From a virus (taxonomy: Duplodnaviria > Caudoviricetes), in the IMG/VR virus record IMGVR_UViG_3300037501_000255: 64,000 nucleotides of DNA. One strand, 5' to 3'. The notes beneath the pieces were generated by a model. That model had not been told where the DNA came from. It saw only the letters and a program-made list of their open reading frames with translations, and did not search any database. The first letter of the stretch is position 1; each line of letters starts with the position of its first letter. The translations under genes were made by a program, and so were the position numbers. Positions 18,505 to 27,906 of the stretch are shown piece by piece.

Positions 18505-20049
18505 TCAGTCTTCTGGAATAAGATACATGAGTGTGCTGCTCATTTTTATTCGATCCTCAACATTCTTTGCTCGCTCACCCGCCTCAGCAATCATTTGCTC
18601 AATTGGAGTTACAGAGCTGGTGTTAGAACCAGCAGCATTACTAAGTATATCTGATAAATCGGTAAATGCTGCGCGGTGGAATTCTGGTCCGTATTGCTCC
18701 GCTATGACAGCCATAGCATCTTCGGCTTCAACAAAATTTCCATATGCAGCATTCTTGATAACGTAAGCGTACAAATCTCTGTAGGCCCAACCTGATTTAT
18801 TAGAAAATGCAGCATTGAACACGCCACTGTCTGCAGCAGATGCAAATCTATTTAGAGATTGCGTATCGAATGATTCTACTGTAGTGCCGGAAGTAAATAC
18901 ACTTGGCATTAATACTTGGCCGCTGACAATCTCTACAGGAACCTGAATCGTCTTTTTACCGCCCGAACCAATGAGAGAGGTCGAGATTACCATTCCACTA
19001 TCAAACTCTGAATCAACAGCAAGGCGCTCGATGCGCAACCCTGCTGCACGAATATTGTCAGCCACCACGGTTTTGGCTGTCACTACGACATTCTTGTCGT
19101 ACGAGAGGCCTGCCTCGACCAGGGCATCCCTCAGCTCCGGGGTTACCATGCCAGTCAATGAATCCGGAAGTTCGGTAAAAGTCACCTCGTCGGCTGCGCT
19201 CAAGCCCTCAGAGACAGTCTGATATAATGACGGAGAGGCTAGCGCAATCTCGTCGCCGCTCGCAGTTTTTACCGAAAGCTCTTTACGTTCGGCATTTGCA
19301 ACCGCAGCCAGGCCGGCAAGCAATTTCTGTGGGGACGCTAGACGCACAGTTCCGTTTTGAAGGTCCCCAGCATAAGCTAGCAGGTTATCCTTAGTCATCT
19401 CGACAAATCCCTTATCAGAAGCAAATACGCTCGGCATAAGAGCCGAGCCTTGCTTTATTTCTACTGGAACGTACGTAGTAAATCTTCCAATCGGGCTATC
19501 TGCCTGGACTGAAAACATCAGGAAGCCATCTGTCCTCCCAATAACTTCCACTGCTGGGCTACCAAAACCCATAGAAGCAAAGTGGATCTTCAAACTATCA
19601 CGCCCAGCTGTTACAGTACGATCTCCCGCTACTTCGGTATTGCCCCATAATGAAGCAAATTCTCCGACGAGATTGTCATCAGCGAGTTTGAGGACATCAT
19701 CGGAATCTCTGCGACTGGCAGTGAAATCGGTGTTGTAGTGAGCAACCGCCTCTGGCGCAGCGGTAATCAGTAGGTCTCCCAGTAATTCACGGAACGCCGT
19801 CTTATTACCTAAAGCACACACATCATCATATAATGATTGAAACTGCTTCTGGGTAATGGTTGCTAAACTACCCTCTTTCTCTATGCGGCGGCGCAACGCC
19901 ACTTGGGCTGTACGAATTGCGGCGTCATGCGGCAACACTGTAGCAGCGTCATCCAGGCGCCCCAAAACTGTCGATATAAAGTATTCTTTACCAGTCAATA
20001 CATGATTTGCCAGACTGAGCAATTGTGCCAGATCTACTGTTTGAGACAT
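18505..20049 (-). CDS. hypothetical protein with internally duplicated domain
   Basis: 514 aa; VPVEIKQGSALMPSVF and VPVEIVSGQVLMPSVF. Confidence 0.7.
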   Translation of the reverse strand: MSQTVDLAQLLSLANHVLTGKEYFISTVLGRLDDAATVLPHDAAIRTAQVALRRRIEKEGSLATITQKQFQSLYDDVCALGNKTAFRELLGDLLITAAPEAVAHYNTDFTASRRDSDDVLKLADDNLVGEFASLWGNTEVAGDRTVTAGRDSLKIHFASMGFGSPAVEVIGRTDGFLMFSVQADSPIGRFTTYVPVEIKQGSALMPSVFASDKGFVEMTKDNLLAYAGDLQNGTVRLASPQKLLAGLAAVANAERKELSVKTASGDEIALASPSLYQTVSEGLSAADEVTFTELPDSLTGMVTPELRDALVEAGLSYDKNVVVTAKTVVADNIRAAGLRIERLAVDSEFDSGMVISTSLIGSGGKKTIQVPVEIVSGQVLMPSVFTSGTTVESFDTQSLNRFASAADSGVFNAAFSNKSGWAYRDLYAYVIKNAAYGNFVEAEDAMAVIAEQYGPEFHRAAFTDLSDILSNAAGSNTSSVTPIEQMIAEAGERAKNVEDRIKMSSTLMYLIPED

Positions 20050-20050
20050 A

Positions 20051-20551
20051 TTATTCCTCGCTATTTGTCTTTAGCTCTGAGACAACCTCTGTCATATGCA
20101 GCGGTAGCCCCTTAAGCACTTGCCGTACGAACTCAGGTTCGGCGGTCTTTGCTTGTAAAAATGCGGCAAACTGCTCAGCCTCATCTGGTACAAACTTAAA
20201 CTCTTCAGATGCAAAGCGCTTGAGCGGAAAACCCTTAAAACTGAGGGTTATATTCTTGCGATCTCGATCGCAAATAGCGGTCCAGTCGGACGAGGCCGTT
20301 GTTTTGATTTCTGCGGGTTGCTCGTTTTCGGAGGTTTTCACAGGCATATTTTCATACATCGCATAAAGATATTTGTTGCCATCTTCTCCGTCGCGGAGCT
20401 CCCAAAGCTGCTCGGAACCATCCAGAGGCTTGTATACGTCCCAAGCTACTTTACGGAAGCCGCTCCGCACTTCTTCCCAAGCAAGGCGCTGAGTGTCACG
20501 TTTCGGCTCAACAACATCAGCAAGGCGAGCCCAATCAAAATCAGCAGACAT
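20051..20551 (-). CDS. hypothetical protein
   Basis: 166 aa, strong RBS ggagg. Confidence 0.65.
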   Translation of the reverse strand: MSADFDWARLADVVEPKRDTQRLAWEEVRSGFRKVAWDVYKPLDGSEQLWELRDGEDGNKYLYAMYENMPVKTSENEQPAEIKTTASSDWTAICDRDRKNITLSFKGFPLKRFASEEFKFVPDEAEQFAAFLQAKTAEPEFVRQVLKGLPLHMTEVVSELKTNSEE

Positions 20552-20627
20552 CCGTCCTCCAAATAGAATAAGATCAAATTATGTAGTTGGTTATTGATAG
20601 ATGGGCCGCTGTCATAAATATATACAG

Positions 20628-21248
20628 TCAGCCCTTTCCGTGCTTCAAATATTTGTAAATCTCGTCCATGTCATCGGCAACCTTGGAAATCTTATCTTCC
20701 AACCAGTCATCCATCTTATGACCATCACGAAAATGTTCTGAGACCGTTTTTGCTATAAAAATCGCCTGTTCGAGTATGGCCCTTGTATTTTGATGAGACA
20801 TGTAATCAATATCCTCATGGTCCTCGGTCTTCATCTCACCACAGGCGCAGGCTGCAATTTTTACGAGTCGCGCGGTCCTGCGGGCTGCCAACGATTTGAA
20901 ATCTAAGTTGAACATAAAATCCTCCAGTCCTGTTCGTAGGTCTACAGGCTCCTCATCTGCGCTGTGCGTTTTAGTTTTAGCTGGACCTTCGGATCGCTTC
21001 CGCCTCAAGTCTACAAGGAGTTCGTGTAGGGCACGCCGGTCCCTCTTTAAATCAACATAGCGTCTAAGCAAATCTCCGGCTGCACGAAGAAACTCTTTCT
21101 CTGGAAGCTTAATTCTATGGCGAGTTCCAGGCTCAACCTCAGACGGAATCGTTACGTGGCGCAACTTCTCGATTTCAGAATTTAAAGCCATCATCTCGCT
21201 ATCTGTCTTAGATAACTCCAATTCGACATCTTCTAATGTATTTTTCAT
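20628..21248 (-). CDS. hypothetical protein with N-terminal coiled coil
   Basis: 206 aa, RBS aggag; C-terminal helical DDWLEDKISKVADDMDEIYKYL. Confidence 0.65.
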   Translation of the reverse strand: MKNTLEDVELELSKTDSEMMALNSEIEKLRHVTIPSEVEPGTRHRIKLPEKEFLRAAGDLLRRYVDLKRDRRALHELLVDLRRKRSEGPAKTKTHSADEEPVDLRTGLEDFMFNLDFKSLAARRTARLVKIAACACGEMKTEDHEDIDYMSHQNTRAILEQAIFIAKTVSEHFRDGHKMDDWLEDKISKVADDMDEIYKYLKHGKG

Positions 21249-21257
21249 ATAAAACTC

Positions 21258-22095
21258 CTAAGTTAAATACTTCCACCCCATGCCACCGTGAGTATGCGCC
21301 TTTCCCTGACAACACAATATCACGCGAGCCTAGCTAAAACCATCCTCAGCAACTTGCTTGGTCCTATCATAAGTCTTGATCAAATCACCGGTCTCCAAAT
21401 TAAACGAGCTTAGGTTTCAAAGCCCGCAGAGCCTCGCGCATTTCCGGCGTATGACCCTTACCACGGCGACCCTCTGAAAGCTTCTTGCGAGTCTCATCAG
21501 AGATTTCCTTAACTACCCGATTTAAATCTTCGCTATTCTCATACTCCCAAGTAAACCCTGATAAGACGGCATCACGCCCTTGCAACAGCGAATTACGGCA
21601 GAATTCTTCCAGCCTAACTTTGCCGCATCACCGATTGTCTCAAAGCGATGACGAATCTCCCCGCTCGCAGGATCTTTCGCCACAACAGGCTTATTATTCC
21701 CTGCTTTAATATTGGCATTTCGTAATAGGGCGCAGGTTTCATCCGTAACTTCACGCGTCAAGCCAGTACATCCTGCGGATATTTTTGCTCTAGATCTTTC
21801 AGTATGCTTACGTCCCTTCATAGGTGCAGCTGGATCAGAATAGATGTTAAAAGATGGATTATCCTGATCAATATAGAATTTCTCCCGCATCAATAAATCG
21901 GCAGTGTCGCATTCCTCAACTATTGAGAAATCAAATGCGACACTGCTATGCTTATCACAAGACCTTTGTAGATACATATTTGCATGTGTTGATTTACGAA
22001 GATTCCACCTATGCCGGCGCTATATCCTGAGATGACCCGATATACGTATCGCCAGTAACGGTATTTGTGATCCGGTAGATTCCAATTTTCTTCAT
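21258..22095 (-). pseudogene. decayed GIY-YIG homing endonuclease with NUMOD3/NUMOD1-like DNA-binding modules
   Basis: ATG at 22095 gives MKKIGIYRITNTVTGDTYIGSSQDI; frameshift near 22020 into RRHRWNLRKSTHANMYLQ; frameshifts near 21553 and 21405; in-frame TAG at 21330-21332; remnant HGGMGWKY at the end. Confidence 0.85.
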
Positions 22096-22520
22096 ACACT
22101 TCCTGTTTTAATTTCAGTTATACGTTTAATAATAAAGCTGATACGCTCATCCTCATCGCAAATCTTCTTAATCTTCTTTAGTGCTCCGCCATATCTCTTT
22201 CCACCATTCTTATAGTCTAAATTTCCTGATGTGGTCTTGTGGATCGTAGGTTGGCACAGCCCAAGTCGGACGGCGACTTCGGTCTGGGTTAGTCCATGAT
22301 AGTACAGCAAAGTCATTACTTCCCGCTGGCGGTCGGTCAGGCGTGTTTCTATAATCTCTTTGATTCTTGTATTTAGCTCATCTATCAGATCCAGCAACTC
22401 ATCTGTTCTCTGATAATCGCTACTATATAGCCCGTCGGCTTCACAGAAATTGCCCAATAATGACGGCTCTAGACTAACTTCCCTATACTTAAACTGGATA
22501 GGATCGCTTTTTGATGCCAC
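22092..22520 (-). CDS. sigma-70 region 4-like HTH protein
   Basis: LTDRQREVMTLLYYHGLTQTEVAVRLGLCQPTIH; GTG start with ggag RBS. Confidence 0.75.
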   Translation of the reverse strand: MASKSDPIQFKYREVSLEPSLLGNFCEADGLYSSDYQRTDELLDLIDELNTRIKEIIETRLTDRQREVMTLLYYHGLTQTEVAVRLGLCQPTIHKTTSGNLDYKNGGKRYGGALKKIKKICDEDERISFIIKRITEIKTGSV

Positions 22521-22576
22521 ATTCTACTCCAAACCCATTCTGCCATCTGGGTAATAATAAATTACCAATAGATACA

Positions 22577-22617
22577 GAAAAATCCATATATTTCTATGGA
22601 TACATCCTTGCGGATGT
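22577..22617 (-). terminator. tandem hairpins plus U-tract after the primase gene
   Basis: Minus strand ACATCC-GCAA-GGATGT (GNRA loop), then ATCCATA-GAAATA-TATGGAT, then TTTT. Confidence 0.5.
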
Positions 22618-23348
22618 TATTTGGCGTACTTGTAGTCCAGAAAAGCGTCTATGTCTTTAAATCTGGGCGGAGCGCGTTTCTCAGCTAGCGTGATGCCGGG
22701 CCTCTTTAGTTCCAATGCCCGATTCAGAGCTTTAGTGCCCGCCTCATCATTGTCAAATCCCAGATATATATTCTCTGTATACCGCGCTAATTGCGCCAGG
22801 TGCTCTAATTTAACGAATGCCCCTGCAGTGGCTACAGCCGTATCTATACCATGCTGATGGCATTTAATTACGTCAAGTATGCCCTCAACAATAAGTGCTT
22901 TATTCTTAGCTCGGATGTTTTCTTTGGCAAGATGCATGCCATATAACGTCGTATGCTTGGGGTAGTCGCTATTATCATATTTGTGGATACCCAAGGCTTC
23001 CCTCTCAGCCTCGGTACCTAAAAATCTACCCATAATACCTAATGGGCTACCGTAAGAGTCGTAAATCGGAGACACAAAGCGGTAATGATCTCGGAATTTG
23101 CAAATGCCTTTGCCATCAAAAGGAGATACCCAAGCAATTTTTAGCTGCTTGAGAATCTCTGTGTCAACATTATTGACGATATTCTTTAAATTCTGAGGAA
23201 ATGCGCCAAGGCGAAAACGCCTTATAGTCTCGTCAGTCAACCGCCTCGTACGCGACAGGTATGTATAAACCTCATCATCTGTACTGAGATTGTTGTGACA
23301 TTCATTGATAATGAATTCAAGAGTTGCGGCCCTTTCAGAATCAAGCAT
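22617..23348 (-). CDS. dnaG: DnaG-type primase catalytic core (TOPRIM) lacking the zinc-binding domain
   Basis: GIMGR, YDNS, LYG, IVEGILDV, AVATAG, FDNDEAG, KDID; no CHC2 finger at the N-terminus; start moved to ATG 23348 (RBS gagga). Confidence 0.85.
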   Translation of the reverse strand: MLDSERAATLEFIINECHNNLSTDDEVYTYLSRTRRLTDETIRRFRLGAFPQNLKNIVNNVDTEILKQLKIAWVSPFDGKGICKFRDHYRFVSPIYDSYGSPLGIMGRFLGTEAEREALGIHKYDNSDYPKHTTLYGMHLAKENIRAKNKALIVEGILDVIKCHQHGIDTAVATAGAFVKLEHLAQLARYTENIYLGFDNDEAGTKALNRALELKRPGITLAEKRAPPRFKDIDAFLDYKYAK

Positions 23349-23706
23349 TACCGTCCTCGGAGTCGGGCTTAGTGGAGGCATACTCTCCGCCCATCTCCTT
23401 CATAGCAAGGATGAACGAAGGGTGGACATCCAGCTGTTTATCGCACTTGCGGCACGTCGCGATTGTAACTCCCCCAGATAACGTCTTGAGGAGGGGCTTT
23501 CCGCTGTGCCCGCAAGCTTTGCATTTAATCAAAACGCCGGACTTTGGAGCACGACGTATTTGCCCCATGGACTGTAGGGCCTTTTTTGTTGTTTGTGGGA
23601 TATCTATTGCTTCACCGCACGTATTGCATGTAACCTCATTCGAGGCCGAATCCAATAAATGGTGGTCTTGAGAATAGCATCCCTTATGTGTACATTGAAT
23701 TAACAT
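23341..23706 (-). CDS. multi-zinc-ribbon protein
   Basis: CTHKGC, CNTC, CKAC, CRKC in 121 aa; RBS aggag. Confidence 0.7.
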   Translation of the reverse strand: MLIQCTHKGCYSQDHHLLDSASNEVTCNTCGEAIDIPQTTKKALQSMGQIRRAPKSGVLIKCKACGHSGKPLLKTLSGGVTIATCRKCDKQLDVHPSFILAMKEMGGEYASTKPDSEDGNA

Positions 23707-23744
23707 TTATCACTCCTAGCTGAGCAGTGGCTCGTAGCTGATAT

Positions 23745-24356
23745 TTACACCACTCTGATGATCTTTCCCTTGGCTCGGTAAAACCCCTTGGCAACCTCAA
23801 TCTTTTCAACTACATATTGAGCCCCCGCCTCACGGAGATGTTTTGGAAAAGACACGTTCCAGCGCGGGTTTAGCCCGCCTGCGGCCCTGGCCATTAGCTT
23901 ATTGCCATCATATATGAATCTAATTAGAACATTCCTATACTTATTCCTCTTCTTAGAGCTCCCTGGGTGCTGCTTGCGCCGCTCTGCGCGACGTTTCTTT
24001 AAGGCAGTATGGGCCTTATACCTCTTCTGCCAAGCCTCTGTCGCCAGTGCATTAAACGCTTCGGCCCATGCCCCCTCCGTAAGCAATACAGTTGCCTTCG
24101 CAACGCCCTTGCCATTCTGCTTGAAGGAGATGACTTGAACATGATGTCGTCCCGACAGGACAACAACATTCAACTCGTGTAGGATTGCTATTTGCATTTT
24201 AACAATTACATCCTCAATATTCTCCTCGCCCATTCCTTTGACGCGGACAGAAAATGGTCGTGGCTTAGCTAGAAATCTGGAAATTTCCTCCCGGTTCACG
24301 CCACGGAGGGCGCGAGACATATTGGGTAAGGAAGATTTGATTATTGAAAATTGCAT
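23745..24356 (-). CDS. hypothetical protein
   Basis: 203 aa, RBS gaggtg; C-terminal WNVSFPKHLREAGAQYVVEKIEVAKGFYRAKG. Confidence 0.65.
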   Translation of the reverse strand: MQFSIIKSSLPNMSRALRGVNREEISRFLAKPRPFSVRVKGMGEENIEDVIVKMQIAILHELNVVVLSGRHHVQVISFKQNGKGVAKATVLLTEGAWAEAFNALATEAWQKRYKAHTALKKRRAERRKQHPGSSKKRNKYRNVLIRFIYDGNKLMARAAGGLNPRWNVSFPKHLREAGAQYVVEKIEVAKGFYRAKGKIIRVV

Positions 24357-24364
24357 ATATCACC

Positions 24365-25522
24365 TCAGTCCTTAGCGAAAAAGTTATCAGAACTCTTCGC
24401 CTCGCGCTCTCCTTCATCCGATAGGGTAAGCGAACGACGAATGTGGTTGCTCTTGGCAGCCTTGAGCTTATTCATAAGCTCACGACATACCTCAGGATTC
24501 TCCTCCAAGAAACCGAAGAAGGCCTCCTTGCCTTTAAAGGTCTGACCCCCATATGCCCATGTGACGAGATTCGGGCGCTCAACGACTCCATAAGCTGCCG
24601 CTAGTGTGCCCAACTCCTCACCCTGCTTGACGACGCCTTTGCGGAAATCAAACCAGAATTCTGCCTGATAAAGATTCACTCCGCCGCGACACTTCTCGAC
24701 TGTGGCGATGATCTTGTGACCAATTTTACCATGCGCATCCTCAAGCTTACCATCAGATGCGTTGCTGGGGTGAAGCTTAATGGCAAAATCTATTGAGTGT
24801 CTCCATGTTTTCCCGCCCGGATAAGTAATTCCCTGTGCGCCATAACCCATGGCCTCGCGAGCCTGATTGATGGCAATAAAGGCACAATTTGCACGCTTGA
24901 GCATTGGACGTACTCTGGTAAATGCTCGTTTTAGGAACTTTGGAAGCGCGCCCATCTCCATCTCATTGAAGTTTCGACCCTCTTCAGCTGGTGCTATGAG
25001 AGCAGCAATACTATCTAGTACCACCAACTTAATATCTATTCTGCCTTCAATGGCCATATCCAAAATACCCGGAATCTTCTTTCCAGTAGAGTTGAATTTT
25101 CCACAGAGGCGATTAAAGATCTCAGCGCCCTCATTTTCCTCGATAATCTTCACACGGGTGAGATCAATACCTAGGTTCGCGGCCCATTCACGATCGAAAG
25201 AGCTTTCCGCATCCACCCAGACCACGAAAGAGTTCGGGTACTTTTTTAGTGTTTCGCGAGCCATCAGCATTGCCATGAATGTTTTACCGGAATTCTCAAT
25301 GCCGTGAAACTGTGTTACTCTGCCAAGAGGTAGGCCCCAGTGGTGGGTGGCGTCGCCGAGAGAGACGCAGGGATAGTCGATAACCTCCCAGTCAAAGCGA
25401 TCTTCATCATCCCCATCAAAAAAGGCGTCGCCCCCATGACTTTTATTTATCTCATTCCAGATATCATCAAAGTTTGCTGATGTTGCTGGCGGTGTTTCTT
25501 GTTTTTGTTGTGCTTTTGCCAT
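24365..25522 (-). CDS. recA: RecA/UvsX-like recombinase
   Basis: GLPLGRVTQFHGIENSGKT (Walker A), WVDAE, VVLDSIAAL, INQAR, PGGKTWRH. Confidence 0.92.
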   Translation of the reverse strand: MAKAQQKQETPPATSANFDDIWNEINKSHGGDAFFDGDDEDRFDWEVIDYPCVSLGDATHHWGLPLGRVTQFHGIENSGKTFMAMLMARETLKKYPNSFVVWVDAESSFDREWAANLGIDLTRVKIIEENEGAEIFNRLCGKFNSTGKKIPGILDMAIEGRIDIKLVVLDSIAALIAPAEEGRNFNEMEMGALPKFLKRAFTRVRPMLKRANCAFIAINQAREAMGYGAQGITYPGGKTWRHSIDFAIKLHPSNASDGKLEDAHGKIGHKIIATVEKCRGGVNLYQAEFWFDFRKGVVKQGEELGTLAAAYGVVERPNLVTWAYGGQTFKGKEAFFGFLEENPEVCRELMNKLKAAKSNHIRRSLTLSDEGEREAKSSDNFFAKD

Positions 25523-25531
25523 TATATGCTC

Positions 25532-26542
25532 CTATAGGATTTTGTCTAACTGTTCTTGCTGTTCTTGCGTTAGTGATTCTGGAAATTCAATATTCATCAT
25601 CACTATATGGCTGCCTGTAGCAGATGCGCCTTTGATGCCCTTATCTTTTAGGGCGAATTTTTGACCCGGCCTTGTGCATGGCGGCACCTTCATAGTCACT
25701 TCGCCATACAATGTCTCGACATTTATATCGCAGCCGAGCAGCGCAGATTTTAAACTAATATTTGCTGTACTAAGTATATTTAGCCCCTCCTGCTGCATGG
25801 AGGGATGTTGCTCCACATGCACGGCTATGAAAAGATCTCCTGCTTTACTGCGGGCTCCTGCGCGACCACCCATTCCAGCCAAACGGAGCGTGGTGCCATT
25901 CTGAATGCCAGCAGGGATGCGGACATCGTACTTTTTGGGCACCTGCATGCGCCCCTTGCCTGCGCATTTCGCGCAGGAGGTAGAGAAGCTATGCCCCCGT
26001 CCGGCGCACTTTGTACACGTAGTATTGAATACAATATTGAGGTTGCCTCTGTTGCCGCGAGACATTACACCTGTGCCTTTGCAATCCGTGCATGTCACCT
26101 TACTCTCTGGCGTTCCACCGCTGCCCCCACAATCGCCGCACGATTCTGGGGCGAGGAACTCAACGTGCTTTACGCCACCAAGGCACGCCTCTTTGAATGG
26201 TAGGGTGATGCTAATATTGTAATTCTCAGGCCTGCCGGCACCACGGCCGAAACCAGAGAACCCCTCTTCACCAAAGATATTTCTAAAGATATCGCTATTG
26301 AAAAGATCATTGATGAAGGACGGGCCTGCCTCGCCAGATTGCGCCTGTGGCGCCTGCATATCTGGATTGGTAATGGCTTGATAGGCGGCAGAGATAGTTT
26401 TAAACTTTTCTTCTGCTTCTTGGTTTCCGGAATTTCTGTCGGGGTGATGCTGGAATGCCAGCGCTCGATACGCTTTCTTCACCTCCTCCTCTGAGGCCCC
26501 CGGTTGAAGACCAAGTGCTGAATAGGCTTCTTGTAGGTTCAT
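25532..26542 (-). CDS. dnaJ: DnaJ chaperone (type I, zinc-finger)
   Basis: J-domain with HHPDRN, G/F-rich linker, four CxxCxGxG repeats, GDLFI. Confidence 0.95.
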   Translation of the reverse strand: MNLQEAYSALGLQPGASEEEVKKAYRALAFQHHPDRNSGNQEAEEKFKTISAAYQAITNPDMQAPQAQSGEAGPSFINDLFNSDIFRNIFGEEGFSGFGRGAGRPENYNISITLPFKEACLGGVKHVEFLAPESCGDCGGSGGTPESKVTCTDCKGTGVMSRGNRGNLNIVFNTTCTKCAGRGHSFSTSCAKCAGKGRMQVPKKYDVRIPAGIQNGTTLRLAGMGGRAGARSKAGDLFIAVHVEQHPSMQQEGLNILSTANISLKSALLGCDINVETLYGEVTMKVPPCTRPGQKFALKDKGIKGASATGSHIVMMNIEFPESLTQEQQEQLDKIL

Positions 26543-27059
26543 TTCCACTCACCAAACTATATGCTAATGCTACTGCGATTGCATCTGTCTGATCATTATT
26601 CTTCTCAAACGTATATCCGTGAAGAGAGAATAGATCTACTATGAAATCATATGTCAACTTCTTGCTGTCCGACCCGTCACCTCGACGCCCGCGCTTCTTC
26701 TTGGATGGCAGAAGATTGATTCCCGCTCGCCCCCCCAGTATCTTGCGGACCTCCGAGGGCATTATGATAAATGGATCTTTGCGCGTAGTCTCGTAACATA
26801 TTTTGTATGCCACACCATGATACAGGGCTAATACTTTGAAAGTTTTCCTATTTGAACCTTGCCAGCAATCCTCTATCGCTATGATGTCCGGACGATACTT
26901 AGCTATAATTGCTTTGACAGCCACCTCAAAAACGAGCAGCCGTTCGGCGTGAGATTTTTGCTTCAAGCGCAGAGCTTCATTATAGGCAATCTTCCCATCA
27001 CTGTAAACGCACACCCCGGTCGAGGCAGATGATATATCTAATGCTAAGACTGTAGTCAT
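26400..27059 (-). CDS. ruvC: RuvC-like Holliday junction resolvase
   Basis: [32 protein letters not shown]; the C-terminus reads through into dnaJ (see findings). Confidence 0.8.
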   Translation of the reverse strand: MTTVLALDISSASTGVCVYSDGKIAYNEALRLKQKSHAERLLVFEVAVKAIIAKYRPDIIAIEDCWQGSNRKTFKVLALYHGVAYKICYETTRKDPFIIMPSEVRKILGGRAGINLLPSKKKRGRRGDGSDSKKLTYDFIVDLFSLHGYTFEKNNDQTDAIAVALAYSLVSGNEPTRSLFSTWSSTGGLRGGGEESVSSAGIPASPRQKFRKPRSRRKV

Positions 27060-27084
27060 AGCAGATATATACATCCGCTCGTCG

Positions 27085-27840
27085 TCAATTTACCCCATAT
27101 GCAGTTTTTGATACTTCACTAAGCTGCCTATTGAGGATGATATCATCCAACAATATTGGGCCCAATTCAGATACGGGAATTTGATTTTTATCCTCAAATG
27201 CACGACATGCTTCAATTTTAGCTAGAAGGTCTATGGCGTGCGGATGATTTGGGAATCCCTCATATTCTTTTTTTACGGCCCCCGCGTAAGCATCCCAGGA
27301 ACCAAAAATAAATTCTTTACGCTCACCCATATCCTGAGGATTAAAGCCTGTCAGATTTACATCTTCAAACATAGACAGGTCATACATGTCCTTATCAGCC
27401 CTTCGAATACGCTCTGTCAAATATAATTCTAGAGTGGCAAGACATTTAATTAGATATGTCATACCAAGAGTAATTCCTCGAATACTGAGGTTGTCGCCAA
27501 TATAATACGATATATTGAGGCGCACGCGCCCTTCGCTTGCTGGCCTAACACCCGAGCCGGAGCAGCGATACATGAATATCAAATTATCCATGTCAGATAA
27601 GGTTTTTAAACTAAGGATGTCGGCGGAGAACACTACGGTAGCTTCTATACTGTACCCCAACATATGGTGATCCATATTTAGAATTGCCACACGATCTTTG
27701 TCAAACGAGAAGATAATGCTCTTGTCTGCCACATCTGCCGAAATATTTGAATAGCCAAGTGCCTTAAGAAATTTCGTAGCTAGTAGAAATTCCCATTTAG
27801 TTATTAACTTAGAAAATGTGTCGCGTAAAAAGGATAACAA
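27085..27840 (-). CDS. hypothetical protein
   Basis: TTG start after a gggagg RBS; about 250 aa. Confidence 0.55.
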   Translation of the reverse strand: MLSFLRDTFSKLITKWEFLLATKFLKALGYSNISADVADKSIIFSFDKDRVAILNMDHHMLGYSIEATVVFSADILSLKTLSDMDNLIFMYRCSGSGVRPASEGRVRLNISYYIGDNLSIRGITLGMTYLIKCLATLELYLTERIRRADKDMYDLSMFEDVNLTGFNPQDMGERKEFIFGSWDAYAGAVKKEYEGFPNHPHAIDLLAKIEACRAFEDKNQIPVSELGPILLDDIILNRQLSEVSKTAYGVN

Positions 27841-27850
27841 TTGACCTCCC

Positions 27851-27892
27851 AAAAAATAAAGGTACAGGGGGAACATTTGGCCCCCTGTACCT
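27851..27892 (-). terminator. Rho-independent terminator after the SSB gene
   Basis: Perfect 12-bp stem AGGTACAGGGGG/CCCCCTGTACCT, 9-nt loop, followed on the minus strand by TTATTTTTT. Confidence 0.75.
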
Positions 27893-27906
27893 CGGGTATT
27901 AGCTAA

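Noticed and set aside
20596-20630. Imperfect hairpin after the 206-aa gene
   Set aside because: The stem is mismatched and no U-tract follows; not called as a terminator
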